Source: Chloroflexota bacterium (GTDB lineage: Bacteria; Chloroflexota; Dehalococcoidia; JABGRK01). Taken from it: a stretch of 64,000 bases of DNA. The stretch is taken from the NCBI GenBank assembly GCA_018648325.1, contig JABGRK010000010.1, positions 8,621-72,620 of the forward strand, read 5' to 3'. The position numbers and the translations under genes are program-made. How positions within the stretch are numbered: the stretch's first letter is position 1; every line of letters starts with the position of its first letter. This document shows, piece after piece, positions 1 through 10,744 of this stretch. The notes beneath the pieces are model-generated. The model ran no database searches. It was not told the DNA's origin and saw only the letters and a list, made by a program, of their open reading frames with translations.

Positions 1-1
1 T

Positions 2-646
2 ATAACAGGGCATAAGGAGTTTTTTGGGCTCGACTTCACGGTTAATCCATCGGTGCTTATACCACGTCCTGAGACTGAACTTTTGGTTGAACTTGCCATT
101 GACATAGCACACCAACACAAATCACGCCTGATAGTGGATATTGGCACAGGCAGCGGAGCAATCGCCGTATCACTTGCAACACACCTACCCGATGCAAAGA
201 TGTATGCGGTGGATATTTCAAGCGACGCGTTAAAAACAACGGCTACCAACTGCCAAAAGCATGCTGTAACAAATAGAGTACAACTGCTGCATGGCAACCT
301 GCTGGATCCGCTACCTGAGCGGGTCGATATTATAGTGGCCAACCTGCCATATGTAACAACAGGCCAGTGGGAACAACTGCCCGGCGAGATAAAGGCCAAT
401 GAACCCAAATCAGCGCTTGACGGAGGAGCAGACGGGCTGGACGTGATAACCGAACTGCTGGCGACAGCAAAAGACAAGCTGCGGCCAAACGGATCAGTAC
501 TGCTTGAAATCGGGTACGACCAGGGTAAAGCGATTTTAAAACTGGCTAAAAAGTATTTCCCTGATGCACAAATTGAGATTGCTGACGACCTTGCCGGACT
601 TAACAGGGTTGTTAGCATTGTAACTTACAAGGAGAGCAATGTATAA
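2..646 (+). CDS. prmC: Release-factor glutamine N5-methyltransferase PrmC/HemK, 5'-partial. The reading frame is open to the window start.
   Basis: Translation upstream of the listed GTG has no stop (..EFFGLDFTVNPSVLIPRPETE..). It carries the SAM motif VDIGTGSGAIAVSLA and the NLPY (NPPY-type) catalytic motif. Its stop overlaps the next gene. Confidence 0.85.
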   Translation: MTGHKEFFGLDFTVNPSVLIPRPETELLVELAIDIAHQHKSRLIVDIGTGSGAIAVSLATHLPDAKMYAVDISSDALKTTATNCQKHAVTNRVQLLHGNLLDPLPERVDIIVANLPYVTTGQWEQLPGEIKANEPKSALDGGADGLDVITELLATAKDKLRPNGSVLLEIGYDQGKAILKLAKKYFPDAQIEIADDLAGLNRVVSIVTYKESNV

Positions 647-1427
647 ACTGTTGGCACTTGATCTGGATGGAACACTGATAGGCAAAGAACTCACGATATC
701 ATCCAAAACCAAAAACGCCATCGCTCAATTAATGTCGCGCGGTGTTACCGTAACAATAGCCACCGGGCGCATGTTCCAGTCGGCCAGGCCATTTGCCAAA
801 GAACTGAACATAAGCACACCGCTCATCTGTTACCAAGGCGCCATGGTTGGCAATCCGGTCACGGGCGAAATACTGTCGCACTTGCCGATTCCATTACCAC
901 TTGCCAAACAAGCTATAGAGGCAGTCAGAAAAGAAGGGCTGCATATCAATGCCTATCTTGATGATCAACTATACGTAGATCATCTAAACGAGCATGCCGA
1001 GCTATATTCCGTAATATCCAAGGTGGAGGCTCACCCTGTCGGAGACCTGATGACCTTTCTTGATAGAGACCCAACCAAGCTGGTCATCATTGGCAAGCCG
1101 TCAGAGATAGATCAAATCACCAGCAAACTAAGCGACCAGTTCATCTCTATGCTTTATGTGGCCAAATCTTATGCACGCTTCTGCGAAATTGCCCACCCGG
1201 ATTGCGGTAAAGGCAGGGCGCTATCAATACTCGCCGATCAACTCGGTATTGACCAAGCAGAGGTGATAGCCATAGGTGATAACCCCAACGATGTAGATAT
1301 GCTTGAATGGGCGGGGATGGGTATTGCCATGGCAAACGGAACAGACGAAGCAAAAGGTGCTGCAAACTGGATAACGGGAAGCATCTCAGAAGATGGTGTA
1401 GCCCAAGCCATTGAAAAGTTCTTTTAA
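639..1427 (+). CDS. Cof-type HAD-IIB family hydrolase (sugar-phosphatase-like)
   Basis: N-terminal LALDLDGTL HAD motif I, GDNPNDVDML motif IV, and a ~260-aa Cof-like length. Confidence 0.85.
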   Translation: MYKLLALDLDGTLIGKELTISSKTKNAIAQLMSRGVTVTIATGRMFQSARPFAKELNISTPLICYQGAMVGNPVTGEILSHLPIPLPLAKQAIEAVRKEGLHINAYLDDQLYVDHLNEHAELYSVISKVEAHPVGDLMTFLDRDPTKLVIIGKPSEIDQITSKLSDQFISMLYVAKSYARFCEIAHPDCGKGRALSILADQLGIDQAEVIAIGDNPNDVDMLEWAGMGIAMANGTDEAKGAANWITGSISEDGVAQAIEKFF

Positions 1428-1438
1428 TCTAGCTAAAA

Positions 1439-2575
1439 CTAGTGAAGCCCTGCAATCTGCCAAGCCTTACCCTCGGTCTTGATTGATGTGGCAACCACGA
1501 CCTCGGTACTATGCATTTCCTTGATATCCCGTGCACCGCATACACCCATGCAGGTTTTGATAGCGCCAACCAGATTCTCAGTGCCATCGGACATTGATGT
1601 CGGGCCATTGAGCAGTTGATTAAGATCAACATTTACGCCAACCCTTATCCTTGTACCACGCGGCAGATTCATATCAGGAGTGGCCATGCCCCAGTGGCAA
1701 CCACGTCCGGGTGCTTCAGAGGTACGGGCAAACGGCGATCCCATCATCACACCATCTGCACCTGAGGCTAATGATTTGCATATGTCACCGCCGGTACGCA
1801 GTCCGCCATCCGTAATCAGTGTCACATATCGTCCGGTCTCACCCAGATAATCGTCCCGGGCAGCGGCACATTCCATGGTAGCCGATACCTGCGGCACACC
1901 CACACCCAGAACCTCTCTGGTGGTGCAGGCTGCACCGGGGCCAACCCCAACCAGGAATCCGGCAATACCGGCTTTCATCAGTTCCATGGCAGCGCTATAA
2001 CTAACGCAATTGCCAACAACTACCGGAACAGGCATCTGCTCGCATAGTTCAGAAAATATAAGCCCGCGATAGCTCTTGGAAATATGCCGGGCGGTGGTAA
2101 CAGTAGAGGCAACAACGAGTATATCAAGACCCGCCTCAACGGCGATAGGGGATATCTTTTTGGCACTTGCCGGAGTAACGGATGCGGCACAAACTACCCC
2201 GGCATCTTTGATCTCTTTTACTCTACGGGCAACCAGTTCCTCTTTAATCGGCTCTTTGTAGGCCCGCTGTATTATGCTGGTAACTGCCTCAGCAGAAGCC
2301 TCAGATATTGCCTGCAGGATTTCGTCGGGATTTTCATAGCGAGCTTGTACGCCATCCAGATTTAAGACCGCAAGGCCGCCAAGCCTGCCCAGCTCAATAG
2401 CAAATTTGGGATCAACAACGCCGTCCATCGCCGAGGCCAGTATGGGAATATCCAGCTTGTGCTCACCTATTGATAAGCTTATATCGGTCTGATCCGGGTT
2501 AATGGTAACATCGCCCGGCACCAGAGCCACTTCATCAAAGCCATATGTATGGCGTAATTCTTCACGTTTTCTCAT
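1439..2575 (-). CDS. IMP dehydrogenase/GMP reductase family protein lacking the CBS subdomain
   Basis: GVGPGAACTTR catalytic-Cys loop and GGLRTGGDICKSLASGADGVMMGSPFA. The 378-aa length is consistent with a CBS-less IMPDH-family TIM barrel. Confidence 0.8.
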   Translation of the reverse strand: MRKREELRHTYGFDEVALVPGDVTINPDQTDISLSIGEHKLDIPILASAMDGVVDPKFAIELGRLGGLAVLNLDGVQARYENPDEILQAISEASAEAVTSIIQRAYKEPIKEELVARRVKEIKDAGVVCAASVTPASAKKISPIAVEAGLDILVVASTVTTARHISKSYRGLIFSELCEQMPVPVVVGNCVSYSAAMELMKAGIAGFLVGVGPGAACTTREVLGVGVPQVSATMECAAARDDYLGETGRYVTLITDGGLRTGGDICKSLASGADGVMMGSPFARTSEAPGRGCHWGMATPDMNLPRGTRIRVGVNVDLNQLLNGPTSMSDGTENLVGAIKTCMGVCGARDIKEMHSTEVVVATSIKTEGKAWQIAGLH

Positions 2576-2757
2576 GTCAAAATCCTAAAGTTATTAGTGA
2601 GAAATATAGCACGCGCAAGCGCTTAAAGTCAATCAAAAGGCTATTGGGGAAAATACTTGATGGCCGACTATAATCAAGACGTCATTTGCGAAAAAGAAAT
2701 ACTGTCTTGATATTTGTAAGTATAACCACAAAATCTATTACACAGTTAAAATACTTA

Positions 2758-2913
2758 CTACTTTTCCTTTTCTACAGAATCAATCCAATTCATTATTTCA
2801 CGCAGTGTCCTGTTTAGATGCATACCCAGCAGTTGCATACGGCTGTCAGGTGAATCCACCAATATACGGTGAACCTTGTCGATGCTTTCATGAAGATCAG
2901 TTTTGTCGTACAT
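2758..2913 (-). CDS. Small hypothetical protein (51 aa) with a strong SD
   Basis: GGAGGA lies 5 nt upstream of an ATG internal to the listed 65-aa ORF (MYDKTDLHES..). No recognisable family. Confidence 0.4.
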   Translation of the reverse strand: MYDKTDLHESIDKVHRILVDSPDSRMQLLGMHLNRTLREIMNWIDSVEKEK

Positions 2914-3014
2914 ACTATTCCTCCGTTTATTTATATACATTCTTTTATACCACAAAAAGTTGTTTTAGCTAAGGGGTAGAAGGGCTCTTGCTTTTAAGCG
3001 GTTTGCCTCTATAA

Positions 3015-3830
3015 TTGATTAACATGCTATACATTGTAGCCACACCAATAGGCAATCTTGAGGATATGTCGCTCAGGGCGATTCGAATCCTTGGCGAAGT
3101 AGGCCTTATCGCCGCAGAAGACACGCGCAAAACGCGCATTCTGCTAAAACATTACCAGATTAAAACCAAACTTACCAGCTACTACGAACATAGCAAGCAA
3201 GCCAAAACAACGCAACTGATCGACCGGCTGGCCAGCGGGCAGGATATAGCGCTGGTCTCCGAAGCGGGCATGCCCGGCATAAGCGACCCCGGATACGAGC
3301 TGATCGCCGCTGCGATTGAAAACGACATAGAAGTTGTCCCCATCCCCGGCCCGTCAGCAATAACCACGGCGCTGGTTGCGTCCGGCCTGCCCCCCAGTCA
3401 ATTCACATACCTTGGCTTCCTGCCACGCAAAAAATCCGACAGAAAGAAGCTGCTGGAGTCAGTTGCTCATATAACTCATACTCTGATTGCCTACGAATCG
3501 CCGCACCGCATAAAAGCGTCACTTAGCGATATCGAGCTGGTACTGGGCAACAGGCACATCGCCGTCTGTCGCGAACTTACCAAGCTTCACGAAGAGGTAT
3601 TTCGCGGAAACGTAAGTGACGCTATAGAGCACTTCGAAAATCCCAGAGGCGAATTTACACTGGTCATCGAAGGCGCCACAGATGAAAAACAGGTAGATAC
3701 AGGTTTGATAGAAACAGAACTTAGACAACTTAAAAAAGATGGCATCAAAGCTAAAGCCGCAACAGCACAAATAAGCAAGAAATACGGTCTCACCCGAAAC
3801 GAAGTCTATAATATCTGGCTCTCTCTTTAA
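3015..3830 (+). CDS. rsmI: 16S rRNA (cytidine1402-2'-O)-methyltransferase RsmI
   Basis: N-terminus LYIVATPIGNLEDMSLRAIRIL..AEDTRKT is typical of the RsmI tetrapyrrole-methylase fold. Length 271 aa. Confidence 0.9.
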   Translation: MINMLYIVATPIGNLEDMSLRAIRILGEVGLIAAEDTRKTRILLKHYQIKTKLTSYYEHSKQAKTTQLIDRLASGQDIALVSEAGMPGISDPGYELIAAAIENDIEVVPIPGPSAITTALVASGLPPSQFTYLGFLPRKKSDRKKLLESVAHITHTLIAYESPHRIKASLSDIELVLGNRHIAVCRELTKLHEEVFRGNVSDAIEHFENPRGEFTLVIEGATDEKQVDTGLIETELRQLKKDGIKAKAATAQISKKYGLTRNEVYNIWLSL

Positions 3831-3887
3831 TCGTTACCTGCGTTATGGTAAAATTCACTAGGTAGAATTAGGTAGGATTATTATTTA

Positions 3888-5567
3888 ATGACACAGCGTA
3901 TTTTCATCGGAGTAGCATGGCCTTATGCCAATGGGCCTCTTCATTTGGGGCACATAGCCGGTGCTTATCTGCCCTCAGACATTTTCGCCAGATACCATAG
4001 GCTCAAGGGCAATGAGGTGCTGATGGTATCAGGGTCTGATCAGCACGGCACGCCCATAACCATCCGCGCCGAGCAGGAGGGGAAAACACCAAAACAAGTC
4101 GCTGCATACTATCACGACGGATTCCTGCAGGCATGGGATAAACTGGGCATATCTTTTGACCTGTTCACATCAACAGAAACCGATAACCATAAAGAAGTAG
4201 CGCAGGATGTTTTCAGGACCCTGCTTGAAAAAAACTATATCTATAAAGATACCCAGTCACTGCCTTACTGCGAAAGCTGCAAGCGCTTCCTGCCAGACAG
4301 GTACGTCGAGGGTGAGTGCCCCAACTGTGGCTTTAAAAACTCACGCGGGGATCAGTGCGACGAATGCGGCAAGCCCCTAAACGCCAGCGAACTCAAGAAT
4401 TTGCACTGCAACATATGCGGCAACACACCGCAGTTCGTAGAATCAGACCATTACCTGCTGCGCCTGTCGGCGTTTAACGACAAACTATCAGAGTGGGTTA
4501 AAAAACAAACTCATTTCAGAAAAAACGTGCAGAACTTTAGCGCGCGCCTGCTCAAGGAAGGACTCCACGACAGAGCCATTACCCGCGATATCGATTGGGG
4601 CATACCGGTGCCGGTACCGGATTTTGAGAGCAAGCGCCTTTACGTCTGGTTTGAAGCGGTTATCGGCTACCTGTCGGCATCAAAGGAGTGGGCCAAATCC
4701 ACAGGCAATCCCGATAAATGGCAGGATTTCTGGACGGGTGATTGTAAGTCATATTACTTCATCGGGAAAGACAACATTCCGTTCCACACAGTTATATGGC
4801 CGGCGATGCTTATGGCCTATGGCCAGCTAAATCTGCCATACGATGTACCATCCAACGAGCACCTGACGCTGGAGGGCAAACAGTTCTCCACCAGCCGCAA
4901 CTGGGGAGTGTCACTGCAATATTATCTGGACAAATACGCGCCAGACCCGCTACGCTACATGTTGTCTATAAACATGCCGGAGACCAGCGACACCGACTTC
5001 TCGTGGCGCGAATACGTGCGGCGCAACAACGATGAACTAGTAGCAACCTACGGCAATCTGGTACACCGTGTGCTCACATTCACCTATCGCAACTACGATG
5101 AGCAGGTGCCTGAGCACCCGGAGTACGATGGCCTGAGCATTGCGCTGCTTGATGAGGCAAAGAAAACACTTCAGACGGTGGGCAACCTGCTTGAGCAGTG
5201 CAAATTCAGAGCAGCGACAAGAGAAGCCATGGCGCTGGCACAAAAAGCCAATCAATATCTGGACGAAAGCGCTCCATGGAAAAGGATCAAAGAAGATAGA
5301 GACGCAACAGCGGCCATACTGTGCACGGTGATCGAGGTGATATCATGCCTGAAAACAGTACTTTATCCCTTCCTGCCGTTCAGTTCTCAAAAACTGCATA
5401 ATCTGCTCGGGTTCGAAGGTAACTTGCAGGACCAGGGCTGGACAATCCAGATACCTGAGAGCGGGCAAAAGCTTGAAAAACCCGAGCCGCTCTTTACCAA
5501 ACTTGACGATGATGTTATAAAAGAAGAGGTCGATATTCTGGCACAAGGCCAAAAGGAGACCGCTTGA
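3888..5567 (+). CDS. metG: Methionine--tRNA ligase
   Basis: HLGH (HIGH-type) motif, zinc knuckles CESC..CPNCG and CDEC..CNIC, and a KQFSTS (KMSKS-like) loop. Length 559 aa. Confidence 0.92.
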   Translation: MTQRIFIGVAWPYANGPLHLGHIAGAYLPSDIFARYHRLKGNEVLMVSGSDQHGTPITIRAEQEGKTPKQVAAYYHDGFLQAWDKLGISFDLFTSTETDNHKEVAQDVFRTLLEKNYIYKDTQSLPYCESCKRFLPDRYVEGECPNCGFKNSRGDQCDECGKPLNASELKNLHCNICGNTPQFVESDHYLLRLSAFNDKLSEWVKKQTHFRKNVQNFSARLLKEGLHDRAITRDIDWGIPVPVPDFESKRLYVWFEAVIGYLSASKEWAKSTGNPDKWQDFWTGDCKSYYFIGKDNIPFHTVIWPAMLMAYGQLNLPYDVPSNEHLTLEGKQFSTSRNWGVSLQYYLDKYAPDPLRYMLSINMPETSDTDFSWREYVRRNNDELVATYGNLVHRVLTFTYRNYDEQVPEHPEYDGLSIALLDEAKKTLQTVGNLLEQCKFRAATREAMALAQKANQYLDESAPWKRIKEDRDATAAILCTVIEVISCLKTVLYPFLPFSSQKLHNLLGFEGNLQDQGWTIQIPESGQKLEKPEPLFTKLDDDVIKEEVDILAQGQKETA

Positions 5568-6526
5568 ACATAACCGAAATCTTTGAACCGATACGGGATG
5601 AGCTTGATCTGGTACGTACTACTATGGTCAAGGTTACCGAAGTTGACAACCCCAAACTATCTGTACCACTGGCTCACGTTTTAAAAAGCGAGGGCAAGCT
5701 GACAAGACCCGCCATTACCCTGCTATGCGGTAAACTGTTTAATTACAATGTCGAGCAGCTTGTACCGATGGCAGCGGGAATTGAATTTCTTCATCTGGCA
5801 TCGCTGCTTCATGACGATACCATCGATAAAGCCGATACGCGCCGCGGCCAGCCAACAGTAAGCAGCATCTGGGGCAACAGCACCGCCATACTCATTGGCG
5901 ACTACCTTTTTGCTAAATCAGCGTGGCTGGTTTCCACCATAGGCAAAACCGAGATGATGACCATTTTTGCCGAAACCCTGATGGCACTTTCCACCGGCGT
6001 TCTGGAGGAAAGCGATGACACCTACAATGCAAACCAGACCCGCGACCAGTACTACTCAAGAATCGAGAACAAAACGGCGTCGCTTATCCGCTTGGCGTCC
6101 CAGTCAGGCGCAGCGCTTGGTGGGGCGAAAACCGACCGTGTAAAGGGTCTTACGGAGTACGGCTACAACCTGGGCATGGCCTTCCAGATCATCGATGATA
6201 TTCTGGACTTTACCGGTTCGCAAGAAGAAGTAGGCAAACCGGTGGGAAGCGATCTCTTAAGTGGAAACGTGACGCTACCGGCACTCTTGCTTATAGAAAA
6301 ACAAAACAATGGAACAGCACTGGCAGAAGCACTAAAGAATAAAAGCGAGCCAGACCTGAAACAGATAATTGAAACCATCCGGAAATCGCCCTTAATTGAC
6401 CAATCCTACGTGGTGGCCAACGAGTTCTGCTTCAAGGCCAAACAAACCATTATGGACATGCCAAACAGCGATACTAAAAAATCGCTGCTCGCCCTGACAG
6501 ACTACGTCATTGCGCGCAAAAAATAA
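5564..6526 (+). CDS. Trans-polyprenyl diphosphate synthase (hepta/octaprenyl class)
   Basis: First DDxxD motif LLHDDTIDKAD and second FQIIDDILDF. TTG start with AAAGGAGA RBS, overlapping the metG stop. Confidence 0.85.
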   Translation: MNITEIFEPIRDELDLVRTTMVKVTEVDNPKLSVPLAHVLKSEGKLTRPAITLLCGKLFNYNVEQLVPMAAGIEFLHLASLLHDDTIDKADTRRGQPTVSSIWGNSTAILIGDYLFAKSAWLVSTIGKTEMMTIFAETLMALSTGVLEESDDTYNANQTRDQYYSRIENKTASLIRLASQSGAALGGAKTDRVKGLTEYGYNLGMAFQIIDDILDFTGSQEEVGKPVGSDLLSGNVTLPALLLIEKQNNGTALAEALKNKSEPDLKQIIETIRKSPLIDQSYVVANEFCFKAKQTIMDMPNSDTKKSLLALTDYVIARKK

Positions 6527-6669
6527 CGCAAAGCACAGCCCCGTAAACATCACTGTTTATTCTGAATTGATACATGTACTAGCAAACACCCCACCGTTGG
6601 AAAGCATAAAGCGTTTCGTTTATACTAAATGTTTAGCGGACATATGAAGAAACGGAGATATAAAACAAT

Positions 6670-7413
6670 ATGCAACTCATAGATAACTTATACGGCTATC
6701 CATGGATGGGCATGGGCAACAACTGCAACAGCTATTTTTTTGCAAACGTCCTTCCCGGCAACAACCCTCATATAATTATTGACCCAGGACATACAGCCAA
6801 CGAAATGGGTGAGCCATGCCTTGATAATCTGATTACGGCAATTAAGACCGACGGATTCGATGTATCTGATATAGGGCTGATAATAAATACCCACACACAT
6901 ATCGATCACTACCAGTCAAACCGCGGATTGCAACAGATGATCGAGAAAGCCTCAAACGAAAGCAACAAACCGCAAATCGCCCTCTCCAAGGAGGCGGATG
7001 AGTACCGTTTAGGCAGCGGCGCCAGATGGATTGAGCAGTACGGTGACTCCATCAAGTTTGAGCCCGATTTTTATCTGACCGAAGGCCCCTTAAGTTTTGG
7101 CGAGGGAGAAAACAAACTCGATCTGGAGATAATAGATACGCCGGGTCACGGACCGGGGCACGTCTGCATCTACTGGCCAAAAAACAAGGTGCTTATAACC
7201 GGAGACATCGTATTTATTGGCAGTGTAGGCAGAACCGACCTGCCCGGCGGAGACGGAAACATGCTCAAGGCCAGCATCGAGAAACTGTCCACCTACGACA
7301 CCGAGTACATACTACCTGGTCATGCTACAGAGTATGGGGGAATGCTAAAGGGTAAAGAAAATGCCCTGCAAAACTTCAGCTTTATAAAAACAAACTACTT
7401 CCCCATAATATAG
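6670..7413 (+). CDS. MBL-fold metallo-hydrolase
   Basis: HTHIDHY metal-binding motif plus downstream TPGHGPGH and GD motifs. Confidence 0.8.
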   Translation: MQLIDNLYGYPWMGMGNNCNSYFFANVLPGNNPHIIIDPGHTANEMGEPCLDNLITAIKTDGFDVSDIGLIINTHTHIDHYQSNRGLQQMIEKASNESNKPQIALSKEADEYRLGSGARWIEQYGDSIKFEPDFYLTEGPLSFGEGENKLDLEIIDTPGHGPGHVCIYWPKNKVLITGDIVFIGSVGRTDLPGGDGNMLKASIEKLSTYDTEYILPGHATEYGGMLKGKENALQNFSFIKTNYFPII

Positions 7414-7538
7414 TCAGAACAGGCAGGTTGCCAGACGTGATAACTCTAGCCCGGTTATCGTCTTTCTGGTATACTAACGGGTAAACTTAAAAATTTTTGA
7501 TATATACATACGTTTGACATTAGAAAGGAGCCCCTACC

Positions 7539-8696
7539 TTGGATTATTCCCTGAACGAACAGCAAAAAATGATGAGAAGCCTGGCCCGTCAGATCGCAGA
7601 AGAAAAGATACTGCCGGTCCGCGCTGAATACGATGAAAAAGAGATATTCCCCTGGGACGTAGTTAAAGCCCTATCAGAGGCCGGATTGTTCGGAGTATTT
7701 ATTCCCGAGGAGTACGGGGGATTGGGCGGAGGCAACTTTGATCTTTGTCTGGTCGTAGAGGAACTGAGCAGAGTCTGCGGTGGAATCGCCTTGGCATATG
7801 CCGCAACAGCCCTTGGCGCTACCCCAATAATCGAGGCGGGCAGCGACGAACTAAAGAAACGCTATCTGCCCAGAATCGCCGACGGCACCATCGCCGCATT
7901 CGGGTTAACCGAAGCAGAAGCGGGCAGTGATGCAGCCGCAACCAAGGCCAGTGCCGTCAAAGCCGACGATGGTTCATACATTGTAAACGGTACCAAGCGA
8001 TTTATCAGCAACGGAGGCGATGCCGAAATTTACTCCATCATCGCCATGACCGACAAAACCAAGGGACCAAGAGGGGCAACCGCCCTTGTGGTCGATAAAG
8101 ATACGCCCGGCTTTACCTTCGGCAAAAAAGAGAAAAAGATGGGCATACGTGCCAACTCCACCCGGGAGCTGGTATACGATGACTGCAAGATCCCGTCAGA
8201 AAACCTGATAGGTAAAGAGGGCTATGGCTTCATCATAGCTATGAAAACGCTGGATAAATCACGTGCACCGGTAGGATCACAGGCCGTAGGAATTGCACAG
8301 GGTGCTTTCGAGGCCAGCGTGGCACATGCCAGAGAACGTAAGCAATTCGACAAACCGCTTGCATCCCTGCAGGCCATATCACATATGTTGGCGGATATGG
8401 GTACGCAAATAGAAGCTGCCAGAGCGCTGGTATATGCGGCAGCAAGGCACATCGACACCGGGGCCAAACACATCACCGAAGAGGGATCAATGGCCAAACT
8501 GTTTGCCTCCGAGGTTGCCATGAGAGTAACCACCGACGCGGTTCAAATACACGGCGGCATCGGCTATATGCGTGACTTCCCCATCGAGAAAATGATGCGA
8601 GATGCCAAAATAACCCAGATATATGAGGGAACCAGCCAGATTCTCAAAAACGATATAGCCCCACAGATACTTAAACGCAGGGGGCTCAGGCAGTAA
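7539..8696 (+). CDS. Acyl-CoA dehydrogenase
   Basis: ACAD-family motifs (GLTEAEAGSD, catalytic region YEGTSQI). TTG start with AAAGGAG RBS. Confidence 0.88.
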   Translation: MDYSLNEQQKMMRSLARQIAEEKILPVRAEYDEKEIFPWDVVKALSEAGLFGVFIPEEYGGLGGGNFDLCLVVEELSRVCGGIALAYAATALGATPIIEAGSDELKKRYLPRIADGTIAAFGLTEAEAGSDAAATKASAVKADDGSYIVNGTKRFISNGGDAEIYSIIAMTDKTKGPRGATALVVDKDTPGFTFGKKEKKMGIRANSTRELVYDDCKIPSENLIGKEGYGFIIAMKTLDKSRAPVGSQAVGIAQGAFEASVAHARERKQFDKPLASLQAISHMLADMGTQIEAARALVYAAARHIDTGAKHITEEGSMAKLFASEVAMRVTTDAVQIHGGIGYMRDFPIEKMMRDAKITQIYEGTSQILKNDIAPQILKRRGLRQ

Positions 8697-8818
8697 TATA
8701 TATTAGACGATAAATCTCACTCGTCCATCAATTTGGACTAGTGGGTACTTGACAATGCTACGGGCGTAACATAACCTCTATCGTACAACTAACGAACAAG
8801 AGGAAGCAGTAAGCACTT

Positions 8819-9928
8819 ATGTCAAATCAAACCGAGGAAGATAATAAGGCAAAAGTTATGAAGGAAAGCCTTATTCAGATTATTAACTCGGGATTGTATG
8901 CGAACAGATATTTAAACCAATTCGTTTCAGAACTAAAAAAAACAATAGACTTCGACTATCTCAGCGTTTCACTGGTCGATGGCGATAATCTCAGATCACT
9001 TTTTACTTACTCTGATGAACGTACGCGGCAGGATTCAGATGAGTTCCACCCTGTCAACCTTGACCGATTCAAATCTGCTGTAAAAATCCCCTTTCCCCAA
9101 GATGGAAATGCAATAGGCATGCTCACCATAGCCCACCTAAAACCAAACATCTACTCAAAAAAAGAGCAGGCGCTATTGGAGCAGTTGGCACCTGAGTTAT
9201 CAATTACTCTTGGAACGCAGACTACTGCAATTCAACAACCTGAAGAAGAGAAAGAGTTTCTGGACGATTTCGCTCACGAGCTTAAAACGCCGCTCACATC
9301 CATCATGGCATCCTGGGGCCTACTATCAGAAGAACTCAAACTGGATAAAACCGACCCACTAACAAGGCTTATACAAAATATAGGTCGCAGCGCCAAGTAT
9401 ATGGAAATAAGAATGGACGAACTGATGGACCTTGCGCGGATGCGTATCAAAGATCTCCAGATAGAAAAAGAAAACCTGAATATTAAATCAGTAATCCAGG
9501 AAGTGGCCACACAATTTAAGTCAATTATTCAGGGAAAATCACAGAGTATAGATCTGCACTTAAGTCCGTCTCTACCCATCATACACGCAGATAGAAAACG
9601 CATAGAACAAATACTGTTTAACCTGCTTGCCAATGCCAGCAAGTTCACTCCCAGGGGCGGCACCGTTATCGTAAATGCCGTGGAAAGCGAAAATAATCTT
9701 AAAATAGAAATCAAGGACTCAGGACCAAACATCCCACAGGGGGAAATAAATCAATTGTTCAATCCCAAGTACCGTGTTGAGGCCGACAGGCAACAATTCC
9801 CCGGGCTTGGACTGGGCTTTGCGCTGGTAAAACGCCTGGTGGAAATGCACAACGGAAATATCTGGATAACTGGCGAGCCGGGCAAAGGTAACACCTTCGC
9901 CTTTTCATTGCCACTGGCTAGGCAATAG
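8819..9928 (+). CDS. Sensor histidine kinase (GAF-like N-terminus, HisKA, HATPase_c)
   Basis: H-box FAHELKTPLTSI, an N-box, GLGLGFALVKRLVEMHNG (G2 box) and a GEPGKGNTFAF tail. Confidence 0.88.
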   Translation: MSNQTEEDNKAKVMKESLIQIINSGLYANRYLNQFVSELKKTIDFDYLSVSLVDGDNLRSLFTYSDERTRQDSDEFHPVNLDRFKSAVKIPFPQDGNAIGMLTIAHLKPNIYSKKEQALLEQLAPELSITLGTQTTAIQQPEEEKEFLDDFAHELKTPLTSIMASWGLLSEELKLDKTDPLTRLIQNIGRSAKYMEIRMDELMDLARMRIKDLQIEKENLNIKSVIQEVATQFKSIIQGKSQSIDLHLSPSLPIIHADRKRIEQILFNLLANASKFTPRGGTVIVNAVESENNLKIEIKDSGPNIPQGEINQLFNPKYRVEADRQQFPGLGLGFALVKRLVEMHNGNIWITGEPGKGNTFAFSLPLARQ

Positions 9929-10009
9929 CTTGCATTGCATAGTATGATACAATAGCTAACATCGAATAACCAATCTGAGAACTGAATAGAAACTAAAGAG
10001 GGCAGCATC

Positions 10010-10702
10010 ATGAAACTACTGATCGTCGAAGATAATCCGGAAATCATTGAAGCCGTCTCTTTTTGTTTTGAGCTCAGATGGCCTGAAGTATCAGTAGTAT
10101 CCACAGAAACGGGCAATAAGGGTGTTGAACTGGCCGAAACCGAATCGCCCGACCTGATCATACTGGACCTGGGCCTGCCGGATATAAACGGATTCGAAGT
10201 ACTACGCCAGATACGCCTCTTTTCCGACGTACCGGTAATCATACTCACCGTACGCAGCGAAAACATGGACAAGATCAAGGGGCTGGAGATGGGTGCCGAC
10301 GATTTCGTGGTAAAACCATTTTCTCACATGGAGCTGCTGGCTAGGGTCAAAGCCGTACTACGTCGTTCTCAAATGCCGGAACTGCGCGGCGAGGAAAAAC
10401 CCTTCAACAACGGCAGGATAAGGATTGATTTTACATCCAGAGAAATTACTGTTAACAACAATCCGGTTAAACTGACCCCCATCGAATATAATTTGCTTTA
10501 TCAGATGGTGCGAAACGAGGGCCGCGTGCTGACACACCGCTTCCTTCTGGAAAAGGTATGGGGCGAAGAATATGTCGATGCCACCGACTACCTCAAAAAA
10601 TACATACAGCGCCTGAGGCAGAAGCTTGAGGATGATGCGGAAAGCCCGTCGCTCATTCTCACCGAACGAGGCGTTGGCTACAAACTTATCAAAATAGCCT
10701 AG
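10010..10702 (+). CDS. OmpR-family response regulator (REC + winged-helix)
   Basis: LLIVEDN..DLIILDLGLPD receiver with MGADDF. The C-terminal LTPIEYNLL..RGVGY matches the trans_reg_C fold. Confidence 0.9.
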   Translation: MKLLIVEDNPEIIEAVSFCFELRWPEVSVVSTETGNKGVELAETESPDLIILDLGLPDINGFEVLRQIRLFSDVPVIILTVRSENMDKIKGLEMGADDFVVKPFSHMELLARVKAVLRRSQMPELRGEEKPFNNGRIRIDFTSREITVNNNPVKLTPIEYNLLYQMVRNEGRVLTHRFLLEKVWGEEYVDATDYLKKYIQRLRQKLEDDAESPSLILTERGVGYKLIKIA

Positions 10703-10744
10703 ACATCAAAAATCTGAGAATGGCATCATAACGCCTGTTACCAG

